Shown: positions 1 to 8,965, counted from the first letter of the stretch. The stretch: DNA of 29,366 bases from an uncultured Oligoflexus sp. (GCA_964236955.1 CAXSGP010000058.1:1-29366), one strand, 5' to 3'. Notes: generated by a model not told the origin, from the sequence alone. Numbers and translations: made by a program.

Positions 1-1279
1 CACCCCAAGCTTCCGGTGGCAATTCAATTCCAAGCATCAACGGACCCTTATAGAGCTCCCGATAGGCCTTAAATGCCAATTTTGGGTCGTAGCCAGTGGG
101 GCGATCTCCAGGCGCATTTATCCCCCCAGCATCATAAGACATGATGTAGACTGCATCAAACATGTCGCCGACGGCTTTTAACGGGTTGATGTAAAGTCCG
201 AAGTTACTTCCCACCAAATTAGGTGCCATGCTAGAGGCCGCGTAGCCTCGATCACCAAAGGCTCCCGTACTCCAGGCCGCTGTTGTGACCATGAGAGGTC
301 GAGCTAAAGCACTGCGAAAGCTTCTAATGATGCTTATAAAATCCTGATCACCCGGACAGCTTGAACCACCCGTGCCCCAAGAGCACAGTCCCGAATTGGG
401 TTCGTAATCAATGTCGGCACCGTCGGCGCCTAGGTCTTTGACCAAGGCAGCAATTGCCTGAGCGTTAACCTGATTCCAGTTAACATAGGTTGCGCCTCCT
501 ATTGACAGTAAAACCTTCGTCATTGGATTAGCGGATTTAAGCGTCCTGATTGCGTCCCTAACAACGGTAAAATCACTTGAAAAGTCCATACCGGTGCCTG
601 CCCAGGACTTTTGCCCCGATTGATACGAAGCGTCTGGTCGGGCAAAGGCAAGCAGAACAGTTGTCACGTAGGGAGGCAGTTTGGCAAGACTAAGATCTTT
701 ACCATCTCCGGCCCAGCCAGCGGACCAGGTTTGATAGTAGGAAACGATTTCATGCGTTGAAGTAGAAGAGTGAAGGGGCGAAGTAGGGGCATCCGGTGTG
801 CCCGTCGGCAATGTTCCGTTTGGTCGTTCCGTTGGAATGAGGGTCACCGTGCTGGTTGGCTCTGTATCAATCGGGGTTTCTCCAACAATCGCAGTTTCAC
901 CAACCCGACAGATTAAAATGTTCTTTTGGTAGGTCGGGCTGTGAATATCTTGAATCTCAGATTTCGAACATGATTCGTAGACGATAATACCTTCTACAGA
1001 AGTGTACTTCAGATCAAAGGTATATCTCCCGTAAGGAAGCTTAAAAGGTTTAAGCTCACCCGTGGTGGCCAGATCAGACTTTTTAAACACAATCGTGTTA
1101 AGATTGGTGTCATTCGCTGTGTTCTTAATGTCCAGGGTCATCGTTGACCAGGGCAGAGCATCGCCGGTCAGTCTGAGATCCTGGATTTGAAGAATCGAAA
1201 ATTGCGGGTCTTTTTTTGTAGGGCCTGATGACGAGCAGGCTGCCAGTGTGAATAGGCATGCTAAGCCAAAATACTTCAT
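1..1279 (-). CDS. GH18 chitinase-like lipoprotein (3' end runs off the left edge of the window)
   Basis: Absent from the ORF track because there is no stop in the window; translated by hand from ATG 1279 (SD GAAGGA). Lipoprotein signal MKYFGLACLFTLAAC, then an N-terminal beta-rich domain, a Thr/Pro linker (PTSTVTLIPTERPNGTLPTGTPDAPTSP) and a catalytic domain with VLLSIGGATY, DGADIDYE (DxxDxDxE, nt 401-424) and IMSYD. Confidence 0.92.
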   Translation of the reverse strand, partial: MKYFGLACLFTLAACSSSGPTKKDPQFSILQIQDLRLTGDALPWSTMTLDIKNTANDTNLNTIVFKKSDLATTGELKPFKLPYGRYTFDLKYTSVEGIIVYESCSKSEIQDIHSPTYQKNILICRVGETAIVGETPIDTEPTSTVTLIPTERPNGTLPTGTPDAPTSPLHSSTSTHEIVSYYQTWSAGWAGDGKDLSLAKLPPYVTTVLLAFARPDASYQSGQKSWAGTGMDFSSDFTVVRDAIRTLKSANPMTKVLLSIGGATYVNWNQVNAQAIAALVKDLGADGADIDYEPNSGLCSWGTGGSSCPGDQDFISIIRSFRSALARPLMVTTAAWSTGAFGDRGYAASSMAPNLVGSNFGLYINPLKAVGDMFDAVYIMSYDAGGINAPGDRPTGYDPKLAFKAYRELYKGPLMLGIELPPEAWG

Positions 1280-1475
1280 TTATCTTCCTTCACTCGAGTC
1301 GTTAAACCCATGTAGGGCATGGGTTCCAGGCTGAAATGCTAGTGATATTCGAAAAGAGATATCGAAAGCAAGCGCAAGCTGTGAGGCAATCGAGGGAAGA
1401 ATAAGTAATGGTATGAAATAATTGAAAAATGAAAATACTAAAAATCCATTGCCGTTCGGTCGTTGAAAGAAATTG

Positions 1476-1502
1476 GGATCGGGGGGTCGATTCACTCGCT
1501 TA
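1476..1502 (-). promoter_or_regulatory. Candidate sigma-28 (FliA)-type promoter for the chitinase gene
   Basis: Minus strand reads TAAG-N16-CCGATCC, about 200 nt upstream of ATG 1279. Same spacing as the sites at 7183 and 18652. Confidence 0.4.
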
Positions 1503-1822
1503 AGGGACGAGCCTAAGTCCGCTAAGGAAGACAACAATCAAACAGCATACTCCACCAGCCCACCCTTGTATTTTGCATGAACAGAAAGCCACCAGCCTAC
1601 CTTGACGCTAATATTGAACTCTTGATTAAGACAAAAGCAGCCACACTTTAACGGTAAGTCTTAAAGCAAGGGTTTACAAAAGTTGCCTCCCTTCATCGAA
1701 GGTTCGCCGCTCTACTGAGGCCCTTCTACCTTTATGCTTTCCAAAAGACGCTTACATGCTAATCTAAGGTCCTTTCACTGATTTCCCAGCATGGCAAAAA
1801 TAAGCTGGAAAAAGGTCGAGAA

Positions 1823-2134
1823 CTATTTGAACTTTGCAATTCTATCCTCAACCTTGCTGTAGTTTTTCTTTCTCGTCGCCGTAAATTCCCACCAGGGTTT
1901 AGATCCCTTTCCATCCATAAAATAGACCGCCGATAGAAATGTGTCGAGTACACAGGGGTCGTGATAGGTCTTGGTCTTCTTACACAACAAGACATAAAGA
2001 TCGTAGCCGTCGGTTCCCTTCAACTGCTCAGGCTTGGTGATCCCAATGAGACGCAAATCCCTTGCGATCGCCTCACCGATGTTGGGTATTTGTCTTAAAT
2101 CGCTGGTTCCTTCAGTCGTTTTTGCTTTCTTCAT
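1823..2134 (-). CDS. Helix-hairpin-helix protein, Cdd1 / mitomycin-resistance-protein family
   Basis: IPNIGEAIARDLRLIGI (HhH), LYxxLC...HDPCVLDTF and PWWEFT are the characteristic motifs of this ~100 aa family. Confidence 0.88.
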   Translation of the reverse strand: MKKAKTTEGTSDLRQIPNIGEAIARDLRLIGITKPEQLKGTDGYDLYVLLCKKTKTYHDPCVLDTFLSAVYFMDGKGSKPWWEFTATRKKNYSKVEDRIAKFK

Positions 2135-2521
2135 GGAAGTCCCCGATCCTGTTCGGTCAGCCGCCTCTTGCTGGGCAAAAGGATAGATACCTTAAGCTCA
2201 AAAAAAGCGGGTGCCGCTTATTACACTGCTTTAACATTCAAAGCGATATACCCCTAGAAAGCTCAGCAGGCCACTCATTCTTAGCCTCGACCACTCGCCC
2301 CTAGCCTGAACCTAGGCTCTCTACCCAATGGGCAGGCGCAATTGTCTCCGCTCGTGCCGATAAGTGGAAATATTGGCGAAGATGATCGACTTTCGCAACA
2401 AAAGCATTTTAATGAAATTGATAATTTGCAAAGACTGCGATGGGAGATTGGAGGAAAAGGACCTGAAGCAAAGCGCCTGTGGGAACGACTCGAACCGCTA
2501 GGCAATAAAAAACTGGCGAAG

Positions 2522-2553
2522 AAAAGACTAAGGGCCGCATGGTGCAGCCCTTA
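2522..2553 (-). terminator. Intrinsic terminator downstream of the 71-aa basic protein gene
   Basis: Minus strand TAAGGGCTGCA-CCA-TGCGGCCCTTA (11-bp stem with one G:U) followed by GTCTTTT, a few nt after the stop at 2561. Confidence 0.7.
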
Positions 2554-2560
2554 ACAACCA

Positions 2561-2776
2561 TCAGGCCTCAGCCTTGGTGGGCTTCGCGTTACGCTTATCG
2601 ATAAACGTGATTTGACGTTGCAGTCTTTTAGTCTCAGCGTTCAGTTGACGCCATTTTGGGTCGCGCTTAAGAGCTTTTTTGTCTTGTTTTTCAGCACTTA
2701 GACCTGTGACATAAGTCTTAACTTGCTCACTGGCGCGGGTCAAGTAGCTCTCGACCAATTCTTTGGTACGTCCCAT
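2561..2776 (-). CDS. Small basic helical hypothetical protein (71 aa)
   Basis: Strong SD GGAGG, its own terminator, 6 of 7 Arg codons are CGT/CGC, Lys/Arg-rich with a DPKWR motif. Confidence 0.82.
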   Translation of the reverse strand: MGRTKELVESYLTRASEQVKTYVTGLSAEKQDKKALKRDPKWRQLNAETKRLQRQITFIDKRNAKPTKAEA

Positions 2777-2812
2777 TTTATCTTTCCTCCGGTGTGCGTA
2801 GGCTTGAAGCTA

Positions 2813-2821
2813 TTATCCACA
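2813..2821 (+). promoter_or_regulatory. Perfect DnaA-box nonamer TTATCCACA upstream of the small basic protein gene
   Basis: Exact consensus match that overlaps a GATAAT -10-like hexamer on the minus strand. Single copy only. Confidence 0.3.
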
Positions 2822-3208
2822 AGCCGTTTCCGCAAAGTATGAACGAAAATCCAGAGGAGTATGCCGTTAATTTTCTTTAGATGCCAATGAAAATGCTGGT
2901 CTAATTTCTTTGACACAGCAATAATAAAAAGTGGCGTAGCCTGAAGAGGCCGGCCCGCCTCGCTTTGGGATTTTATTGGCTCGAGAAATTTCATTCAGCG
3001 TCGATAACGTTAAGGCTAAGGCTGCGTCGTTACTCTTGTATTCTGGGAACTTGGAAAGATTCGGTTTTCCTTATCACCAAGCCCGCGTGACGCAATGCTT
3101 TTAGCAAGCCTTTAATTTCGACTTTACTTTTTTTTGGTCCTGAGCCCCAACCTTTTACTATTATCCTCAGTTACACTGTCGAGATTACATCTTTGGAGGC
3201 TCATGTTG

Positions 3209-3808
3209 ATGGAAAACCGTATTTTACTTTTCCTGGTGATCGTGGGGGAAATACTTCTTGGCATCAGTCCAGAAGCCGATCGTGCAACCTGGGCCATGGA
3301 AAATGCCCCCGTCGCCATCATCTTAGCTCTGGTCCTCTTTTTTCAGCCCCGGCTAAGGCTCAGCTCCTGGACTCTTCGTTTCATGGTCCTTCACGCTTTT
3401 GTCTTGATGCTGGGCGGATATTACACCTATGCAAGGGTTCCTCTCGGCGATTGGGTGCAGAATCTTTTTCATCTCACTAGAAATCCTTATGACCGCCTCG
3501 GGCACTTATTTCAGGGATTTGTGCCTGCTCTTTTGTTTCGCGAACTGCTGCTCCGGCACTCGCTCCTCCGCACGAGCAAACTGCTTTCCATCGTTACGAT
3601 CAGCTTTTGCCTGGCGTTTAGTGCCGTATATGAGCTATTGGAATGGTCCGCCGCGGTCATCATGGGCCAAGGCGCCGATGCATTTCTTGGGACCCAGGGC
3701 GATGTGTGGGATACCCAATGGGATATGTTCATGGCCCTGATCGGAGCTTGCATCGCCACCCTACTCTTCAGCCGCTGGCAGGACAGAACTATCGGCCTCA
3801 GACCTTAG
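3209..3808 (+). CDS. DUF2238 (YjdF-like) inner membrane protein
   Basis: Motifs TWAMEN, GGYYTYARVPLG, RNPYDRLGH, YELLEW and FLGTQGDVWDTQWDM, with several TM segments. Start moved to ATG 3209 on the basis of SD GGAGG at 3195-3199. Confidence 0.92.
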   Translation: MENRILLFLVIVGEILLGISPEADRATWAMENAPVAIILALVLFFQPRLRLSSWTLRFMVLHAFVLMLGGYYTYARVPLGDWVQNLFHLTRNPYDRLGHLFQGFVPALLFRELLLRHSLLRTSKLLSIVTISFCLAFSAVYELLEWSAAVIMGQGADAFLGTQGDVWDTQWDMFMALIGACIATLLFSRWQDRTIGLRP

Positions 3809-3820
3809 GGGTCCATAGCT

Positions 3821-3852
3821 GAAAAGCCAAGACCTCAATAAAGTCTTGGCTT
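3821..3852. terminator. Stem-loop after the DUF2238 gene
   Basis: AAGCCAAGAC-(9 nt)-GTCTTGGCTT, a perfect 10-bp stem. The better U-tract is on the minus strand. Confidence 0.55.
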
Positions 3853-4594
3853 CGAAATCGGTATAATTGTCCGCAGACCGACACAATTTTGAATGAGAGC
3901 TAAAAGCAAACACCCGGAAAACCACGGCACAGCGAGAAGCCTGAGCGCATGACATCCGGATGCCTGCTTTGATAAAAGCGATGTCTGGAATCCGACGCCG
4001 ATTAAATTCCCTTACAGAAAGAGCCAAAGGAATACATCCTGCCATCAAGCCTTCCTGTTAGAATTCAATCTAAGTCATTCCAAAAAACTCTGAGCTCCAG
4101 AAGAGCACTGGCATAGAAAAGCACTTTAAACTCATCTATGAAACACACTATTTCAGCGAGTACCAGACGGAAAATCCACATGTTGAATTCACCGCACTCA
4201 CTGACCCAGTGAGCCTTTGTAGACGCCCCAATTGCTTGATGACGTTACAAAGTGAGTGTAACTCCGCTTTAAAGTGATGCGCAATACTAAATTTCCGGAA
4301 ATGTTCAGGGCGATTGGAGCCCAGGACTTTGCAGCTTTCCTTTTAAAATAATCATGATTTTCCGGTTGATAGACCGAGCGTTCGGTCGGCATTTTCACGC
4401 TTTGAAAATGATGGTCGGCCTCGATCTTTTCATGGGAATCAAGCCTCGTTTGGTTTTGCCCGGCCAATCGAAATGAGTTACGCAATTGGAATGACGCCAA
4501 TCAAATTTTATGAGAATTTCATCTTAGGAGTTCTAAGCCTTCGTGCATCGGCGGCCATGGCCAACATTCCATAAACCATGAAGGGTTTTCCCCC

Positions 4595-5128
4595 TTGAAA
4601 CAAGTCGGTATCCCCTTAATCCTTACCTTAAAGCTCGATCCAAAGTCTCAGGCCCAGCTTGATACCTGGCGGACCCAATTTTTCCCTCCTGATCGCAATT
4701 TTTTAAAAGCCCACCTGACGATCTATCACCAACTCCCAGGGCAGAGGATGCAAGGGATTGTTGGACTTCTGGAAAACTACGTCGCGTTCCTATCGCCGGG
4801 TGCAGTGTTTTTTAGTGGCCTTATCACCCGCGGTGGGTTCGTCGGGGTCGCCGTAGAATCCGTCGATCTCCACCGTATGCGTGCCGATCTCGATGAACTC
4901 CTGGCTAGCGATCTCCGTGCCCAGGATAAAAAGACCTATAAGCCTCATGTGACGATCACCAATCTTGGTTCGCCTGGACATGCACTTTCATGTTTTAAAG
5001 CGCTGGAAACTTTATTTGTGCCTTGGCAAGGCGAGGCCATCGGTCTCGAGCTTTTTCATTATCGCCGAGGTCATTGGCAGTTTGCTCATGATTTTCCGTT
5101 CCGTGGGCTTTTGCCTTCGCCAGAATGA
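4595..5128 (+). CDS. 2H phosphoesterase (2'-5' RNA ligase family)
   Basis: Two HxT motifs, AHLTIY and PHVTIT, with typical spacing. TTG start with SD-like GAAGGG. Confidence 0.88.
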   Translation: MKQVGIPLILTLKLDPKSQAQLDTWRTQFFPPDRNFLKAHLTIYHQLPGQRMQGIVGLLENYVAFLSPGAVFFSGLITRGGFVGVAVESVDLHRMRADLDELLASDLRAQDKKTYKPHVTITNLGSPGHALSCFKALETLFVPWQGEAIGLELFHYRRGHWQFAHDFPFRGLLPSPE

Positions 5129-5208
5129 AAAAAGGAATTGGGATAAGGAGCCACCTGGTGCCGGCGAACAGGGTGGCTTGCTGGAATCGTCAGGATTCGA
5201 TTATTTTT

Positions 5209-5237
5209 TTCGCGATTGTGGCTCGAGACGGTATAAT
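5209..5237 (+). promoter_or_regulatory. Candidate sigma-70 promoter
   Basis: TTCGCG-N17-TATAAT upstream of the hydrolase gene. Confidence 0.45.
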
Positions 5238-5295
5238 TCCAGCCAGGAGTAGGCCTATGAGGCACTCTTGGGAAATTTAGTAAAAGGGTTTTCGA

Positions 5296-5985
5296 ATGTC
5301 CTGGTTATCAACGAAAATCCGCAAACACTGGCTCCCGGTCCTTTCATATGGGGCGCTCGCCCTTGCCATGCCTGTCGCATGGTCAAGTCTTCAGGCCGCT
5401 GATTGTCTGGGGCCTGCGCAAGCCAGCAAAGGCTATCTCGTCTATCTGCACGGCCTGGAACCATTGGCGGCGCGTACGGGTGAAGGCGCGGAAAACCGCC
5501 GCCTGCTCGAGCGTCTGGCAAAAGAATTTTCGCTTCGTATCGCTTTGCCGCGTGGCATGATCTGCGCTCAGCAAAAAGTCTGTTGGCCAGCCAAGGACTC
5601 CAGAGAAGTCATGCGAACCTTTGGAATGATACAAACCGCGATGAAAGGCTGTTGGTCGGGCAATCAGCCCTATACGATCTTAGGCTTCTCAAATGGTGGA
5701 TTTTTTGGCTTCAAACTCTACAAGATTCATAAGGATACCAGGCTCAAACACATCATCGCCGCAGGGGCGAGTGGCCTTTGGGATCCCAAGGTCGATAAAC
5801 GCAATCCCTTGTCCCAGTTGCAAATGATGATAGGCGACAAGGATATAACCCTTAGCGATGCCAGCAAGTTTGCGGAAAGATTTCGAGATGTGGATCCCGG
5901 GTTTACTCTATACCTCTTTAACGGTGGCCATCGTCTGGATTATGACACCCTGGCTCGTCTGATGAGAGCCCAAAGAAGCTTCTGA
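5296..5985 (+). CDS. Secreted alpha/beta-hydrolase (esterase-like)
   Basis: N-terminal signal-like segment, YLHG oxyanion motif, GFSNGG nucleophile elbow, GDKD acid and GGH His. Confidence 0.8.
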   Translation: MSWLSTKIRKHWLPVLSYGALALAMPVAWSSLQAADCLGPAQASKGYLVYLHGLEPLAARTGEGAENRRLLERLAKEFSLRIALPRGMICAQQKVCWPAKDSREVMRTFGMIQTAMKGCWSGNQPYTILGFSNGGFFGFKLYKIHKDTRLKHIIAAGASGLWDPKVDKRNPLSQLQMMIGDKDITLSDASKFAERFRDVDPGFTLYLFNGGHRLDYDTLARLMRAQRSF

Positions 5986-6028
5986 AAGCGATGTCCCAAC
6001 GATACACGGGACCACTCGCGGCCAAACA

Positions 6029-6982
6029 TCAAAGACCCAGCGGCGCCACCACAAATTCCAAAGGGATATTCTGCGCCGCAGCATGCGCCTGAATGAGTTC
6101 TATGCCCTTTCTTAGATTGGGCAGAAATTTCACTGCCGTTTCCTGATGAAAACCAATGGAAAGATAAACGTCTCGCCGGGGATCGCTTGTTAGAAGCTCG
6201 ACATTTTTAATGAAGGTCGCCAAGATTGTTTCACCTGTGACATAATCCGCCAGGCAGCCATTATTGGGTATTTCCAGTATTTTAAGACCTTCACCAACAG
6301 GCATCCAGTGGGGCTGACTGGTTGCGGTGACCTCGGGCCAGATTTTTTTGGTAACGGGATAGAGCAGGGTTTTACCCCAACGCTCCTTCAGATATTCGGC
6401 ATCGGTCGCCGATGAGTCGAGCGTAATTCCCTCACTGGCTAAGGCCCGTAGGACCTTTTTATCCGCCTGCCAGGCCCCGGCCCGAAAACTTTTCGGTCGG
6501 TCAAATCCATTCTCGGTCAAAGTCTTGATGCTGAAGCGAATGACCTTGCGCAATTCGGCTTCGCTGTAGGCTGTGATATTCACGTCGTGGCCACAGTCGG
6601 GGCTACAGGTCGTGAGATCGATCGCTCCTTTAAAGGCAGGCTCAGATCGAAAGGGTACGCCTGCGGCAAGAATCAGGCTGCGCCAGGCATGAATATGCAA
6701 TCCCTGCTCATCGCCAGGCCGGAGGACGGAACGGATGCTTGTCACAATATCCTTCGCTACCGCACCCTCTTTGGTGAAATAAGCGGCATTGAGAAAGAGC
6801 TGCAAAGGAATTTTTGGAAAATCATTCCGAAATTTTTGAAATTCAGCAAGATTTTCGGGGTCCAGATTCCGCCCTTCCCAATCCACGCTGACCACGATGC
6901 GCATCTTGCCCTGAGCAAACAGAGGTCCGTAAAGCGGGGCAAATAAGGCGCAAAAGGCGATAGCCCTTATAAAAGTACTCAC
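6029..6982 (-). CDS. Secreted polysaccharide deacetylase-family (CE4/NodB-like fold) protein
   Basis: Motifs VSVDWEG, GLHIH, SFRAGAW, DSS and GFH. Start reassigned to GTG 6982 (SD AAGGAG), which exposes the signal peptide MSTFIRAIAFCALFAPLYGPLFA. Confidence 0.8.
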   Translation of the reverse strand: MSTFIRAIAFCALFAPLYGPLFAQGKMRIVVSVDWEGRNLDPENLAEFQKFRNDFPKIPLQLFLNAAYFTKEGAVAKDIVTSIRSVLRPGDEQGLHIHAWRSLILAAGVPFRSEPAFKGAIDLTTCSPDCGHDVNITAYSEAELRKVIRFSIKTLTENGFDRPKSFRAGAWQADKKVLRALASEGITLDSSATDAEYLKERWGKTLLYPVTKKIWPEVTATSQPHWMPVGEGLKILEIPNNGCLADYVTGETILATFIKNVELLTSDPRRDVYLSIGFHQETAVKFLPNLRKGIELIQAHAAAQNIPLEFVVAPLGL

Positions 6983-7182
6983 TGATTTCTCCTTGATCCT
7001 TAGCATAATACTCGGGCTTTGCTTCCCGACAGGCCCAGCCGAAGTTCTTATACAGGAAAGCAGGTGCTCTGACGACGCCAAACCGTAAGCAAACATTGTC
7101 TTGCCAATCCAAGTCCAACTTCAAAAGGACAGCCTGATCAGGCAATTGATCCTAATCCTTTCCAATGGATGCATAAAGTTTC

Positions 7183-7209
7183 TAAGCCCGATCCCGGTCC
7201 CGCCGATAG
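7183..7209 (+). promoter_or_regulatory. Sigma-28 (FliA)-type promoter
   Basis: TAAG-N15-GCCGATAG versus consensus TAAA-N15-GCCGATAA, ending 26 nt before ATG 7235 (SD AAGGA). Confidence 0.7.
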
Positions 7210-7234
7210 CGTCATTGCCTAAGCAAGGACAAAT

Positions 7235-8071
7235 ATGCCGCAAATCTATTTTCATTCGACCAAATTTAGGTCAGGACCCAACGCGCTGCGCCTGACGGCG
7301 TTACTGTGTTCACTTGTCACCATCCCGGCCTGTCGCGAAGGCATCGAAAACCCATCGGTCAATGTCCTGCCTAAACCTGAAACCGAGCCTCCGCGCAGCA
7401 GTACGGTCGTCACAACGATACCGGTGAATACCTCCTTTACCCCAGCGGTGCGCCCCAGCAGCGAACCGGTGGGCTCTGAAGGCCCCGTGGCACCGGCTCC
7501 TACCGCGGGAGCAGCAGCTTCCGAGCCAGTTCCCGTCAATGCTCCCGTTCCAGTGCCGGCTAACCCCGGCCTCCCGTCATTACCCCTGCCCACTGCCGAT
7601 AATCCTTCCGATACCGTGCCTCCGCCGGCAGCGAAATCAGTTCGAAACGGTCGCTATTTTCTACGGGGTGTGGCAAGCGAGCGTTGTCTTGATATGCCCT
7701 TTGGCGATGAATCGGGTTATCCGCTCATACTTTGGGACTGCTCCGGTTCCAAAACCCAAATCTTCACCTTTGAACATGTATCTGGGAGTTACTTTAAAAT
7801 CTACAGCCCCTATTTGCGGATCGTCGAAGTGCGGGGCGGAAGCTCCAAGCTTGGCGAAGTCCTGCAGCAGGGTGACGGCTACGTCGACGGCAATTATCAG
7901 CAATTTGAATTTGAACTCCAGGTCGATAAGCAGACCTACACGATCAAAATCCACAGCACAGACCTGGCCTGGGAAGTCAGCGGCGGCGGAACTGGCAACG
8001 GCGTGGTTATCACAGCTGGCAAGCTTACCGGCTCTTCCCATGAGCGATTCTTTCTTATTCCCGTCCCTTAA
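7235..8071 (+). CDS. Lipoprotein with Pro-rich stalk and C-terminal ricin-B (CBM13-like) lectin domain
   Basis: Hydrophobic stretch ending IPAC (lipobox-like), ~100 aa Pro/Ala/Ser/Thr linker, then RCLD...LILWDC...QIF / QQF / ERF beta-trefoil repeats. Confidence 0.82.
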   Translation: MPQIYFHSTKFRSGPNALRLTALLCSLVTIPACREGIENPSVNVLPKPETEPPRSSTVVTTIPVNTSFTPAVRPSSEPVGSEGPVAPAPTAGAAASEPVPVNAPVPVPANPGLPSLPLPTADNPSDTVPPPAAKSVRNGRYFLRGVASERCLDMPFGDESGYPLILWDCSGSKTQIFTFEHVSGSYFKIYSPYLRIVEVRGGSSKLGEVLQQGDGYVDGNYQQFEFELQVDKQTYTIKIHSTDLAWEVSGGGTGNGVVITAGKLTGSSHERFFLIPVP

Positions 8072-8227
8072 TTCCAGGGTCTTTTAAGCCCCGTGTCCCT
8101 GTTCGACCGCCTGGCGCCTCTATCCTTTGCGATTCGTCTGCTTTATTCTGCGTAAAATCAATGCTAAAGCATAGAAGAAGTGAAACGAGCGGATGCTCAA
8201 AGATTCGGATTAAGATCGGGGAAATTC

Positions 8228-8965
8228 ATGAAAAAAGTTCTGATCGGCATGTCAGCCTGTCTAATAATCTCCTGCGCGGATTTTGAGCAGAATATGGGCG
8301 AAGTCATCAAGGTCGCTCAAGATAATCTGGCCCCTTCCCCAGGCGAATCTGTTTCGGCCACAAAGCAGGCCCTCGACAAAGGCGTAGGCACGGGTATCAG
8401 CCTTTTGCAAAAGGAGGGTGGCTTTTCTCAATCGATCCATCACATCCTGATTCCGACCGAGCTGCAAAAAGCCACCAATCTCGCGCGAACCATCGGCCTC
8501 GGCAGTTACGTCGAGGGCTTTGAAAAAAGCCTCAATCGCGCGGCCGAGCAGGCGATCGGCTCGGCGGTGCCAATCTTCAAGGAAGCCGTCAATCAGCTGA
8601 CCATTACCGATGTCGTTAAAATCCTGACGGGTCCTGATAATGCAGCAACCACCTTTTTTCGATCGACTAGCGAAAGAAAATTGCTGGATACCTTTAAGCC
8701 CATCGTCTCAAGGGCTACTGAAAAAAACAACGTCGGCCGACTCTACAGCCAGATCGTCACCGCCGTGCGCCCGGCTGCCCTCGCGGCCGGACTTGATGTT
8801 CCTGCCGTGAACCTTGACGAATACGTCAGTGGCAAAGCCGTCAACGCTCTCTTTATAGAGATCGCCAACCAGGAAAAGCAGATCCGGGCCAATCCGATCG
8901 AACGTTCTACGGCCCTTCTAAAGAAAGTCTTTGGATACTATGCCAGTCAACGTCAGGCGAGCTGA
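8228..8965 (+). CDS. DUF4197 family lipoprotein
   Basis: MKKVLIGMSACLIISC signal; SLNRAAEQA, ILTGPDNAAT, EKQIRANPIERSTALLKKVFG motifs. Start reassigned to ATG 8228. Confidence 0.9.
   Translation: MKKVLIGMSACLIISCADFEQNMGEVIKVAQDNLAPSPGESVSATKQALDKGVGTGISLLQKEGGFSQSIHHILIPTELQKATNLARTIGLGSYVEGFEKSLNRAAEQAIGSAVPIFKEAVNQLTITDVVKILTGPDNAATTFFRSTSERKLLDTFKPIVSRATEKNNVGRLYSQIVTAVRPAALAAGLDVPAVNLDEYVSGKAVNALFIEIANQEKQIRANPIERSTALLKKVFGYYASQRQAS

Noticed and set aside
2356..2363. Perfect sigma-28 -10 element GCCGATAA
   Set aside because: No matching -35 at the correct spacing and no credible downstream gene; ORF 2342-2554 looks spurious.
4074..4277. Stop-free plus-strand frame (…IEKHFKLIYETHYFSEYQ…) that might be a pseudogene
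   Set aside because: No start codon or SD near its 5' end and no recognisable family.
4595..5128. 2H phosphoesterase as an anti-CBASS or defence-related enzyme
   Set aside because: No phage or defence context; it looks like an ordinary chromosomal 2'-5' RNA ligase-family member.
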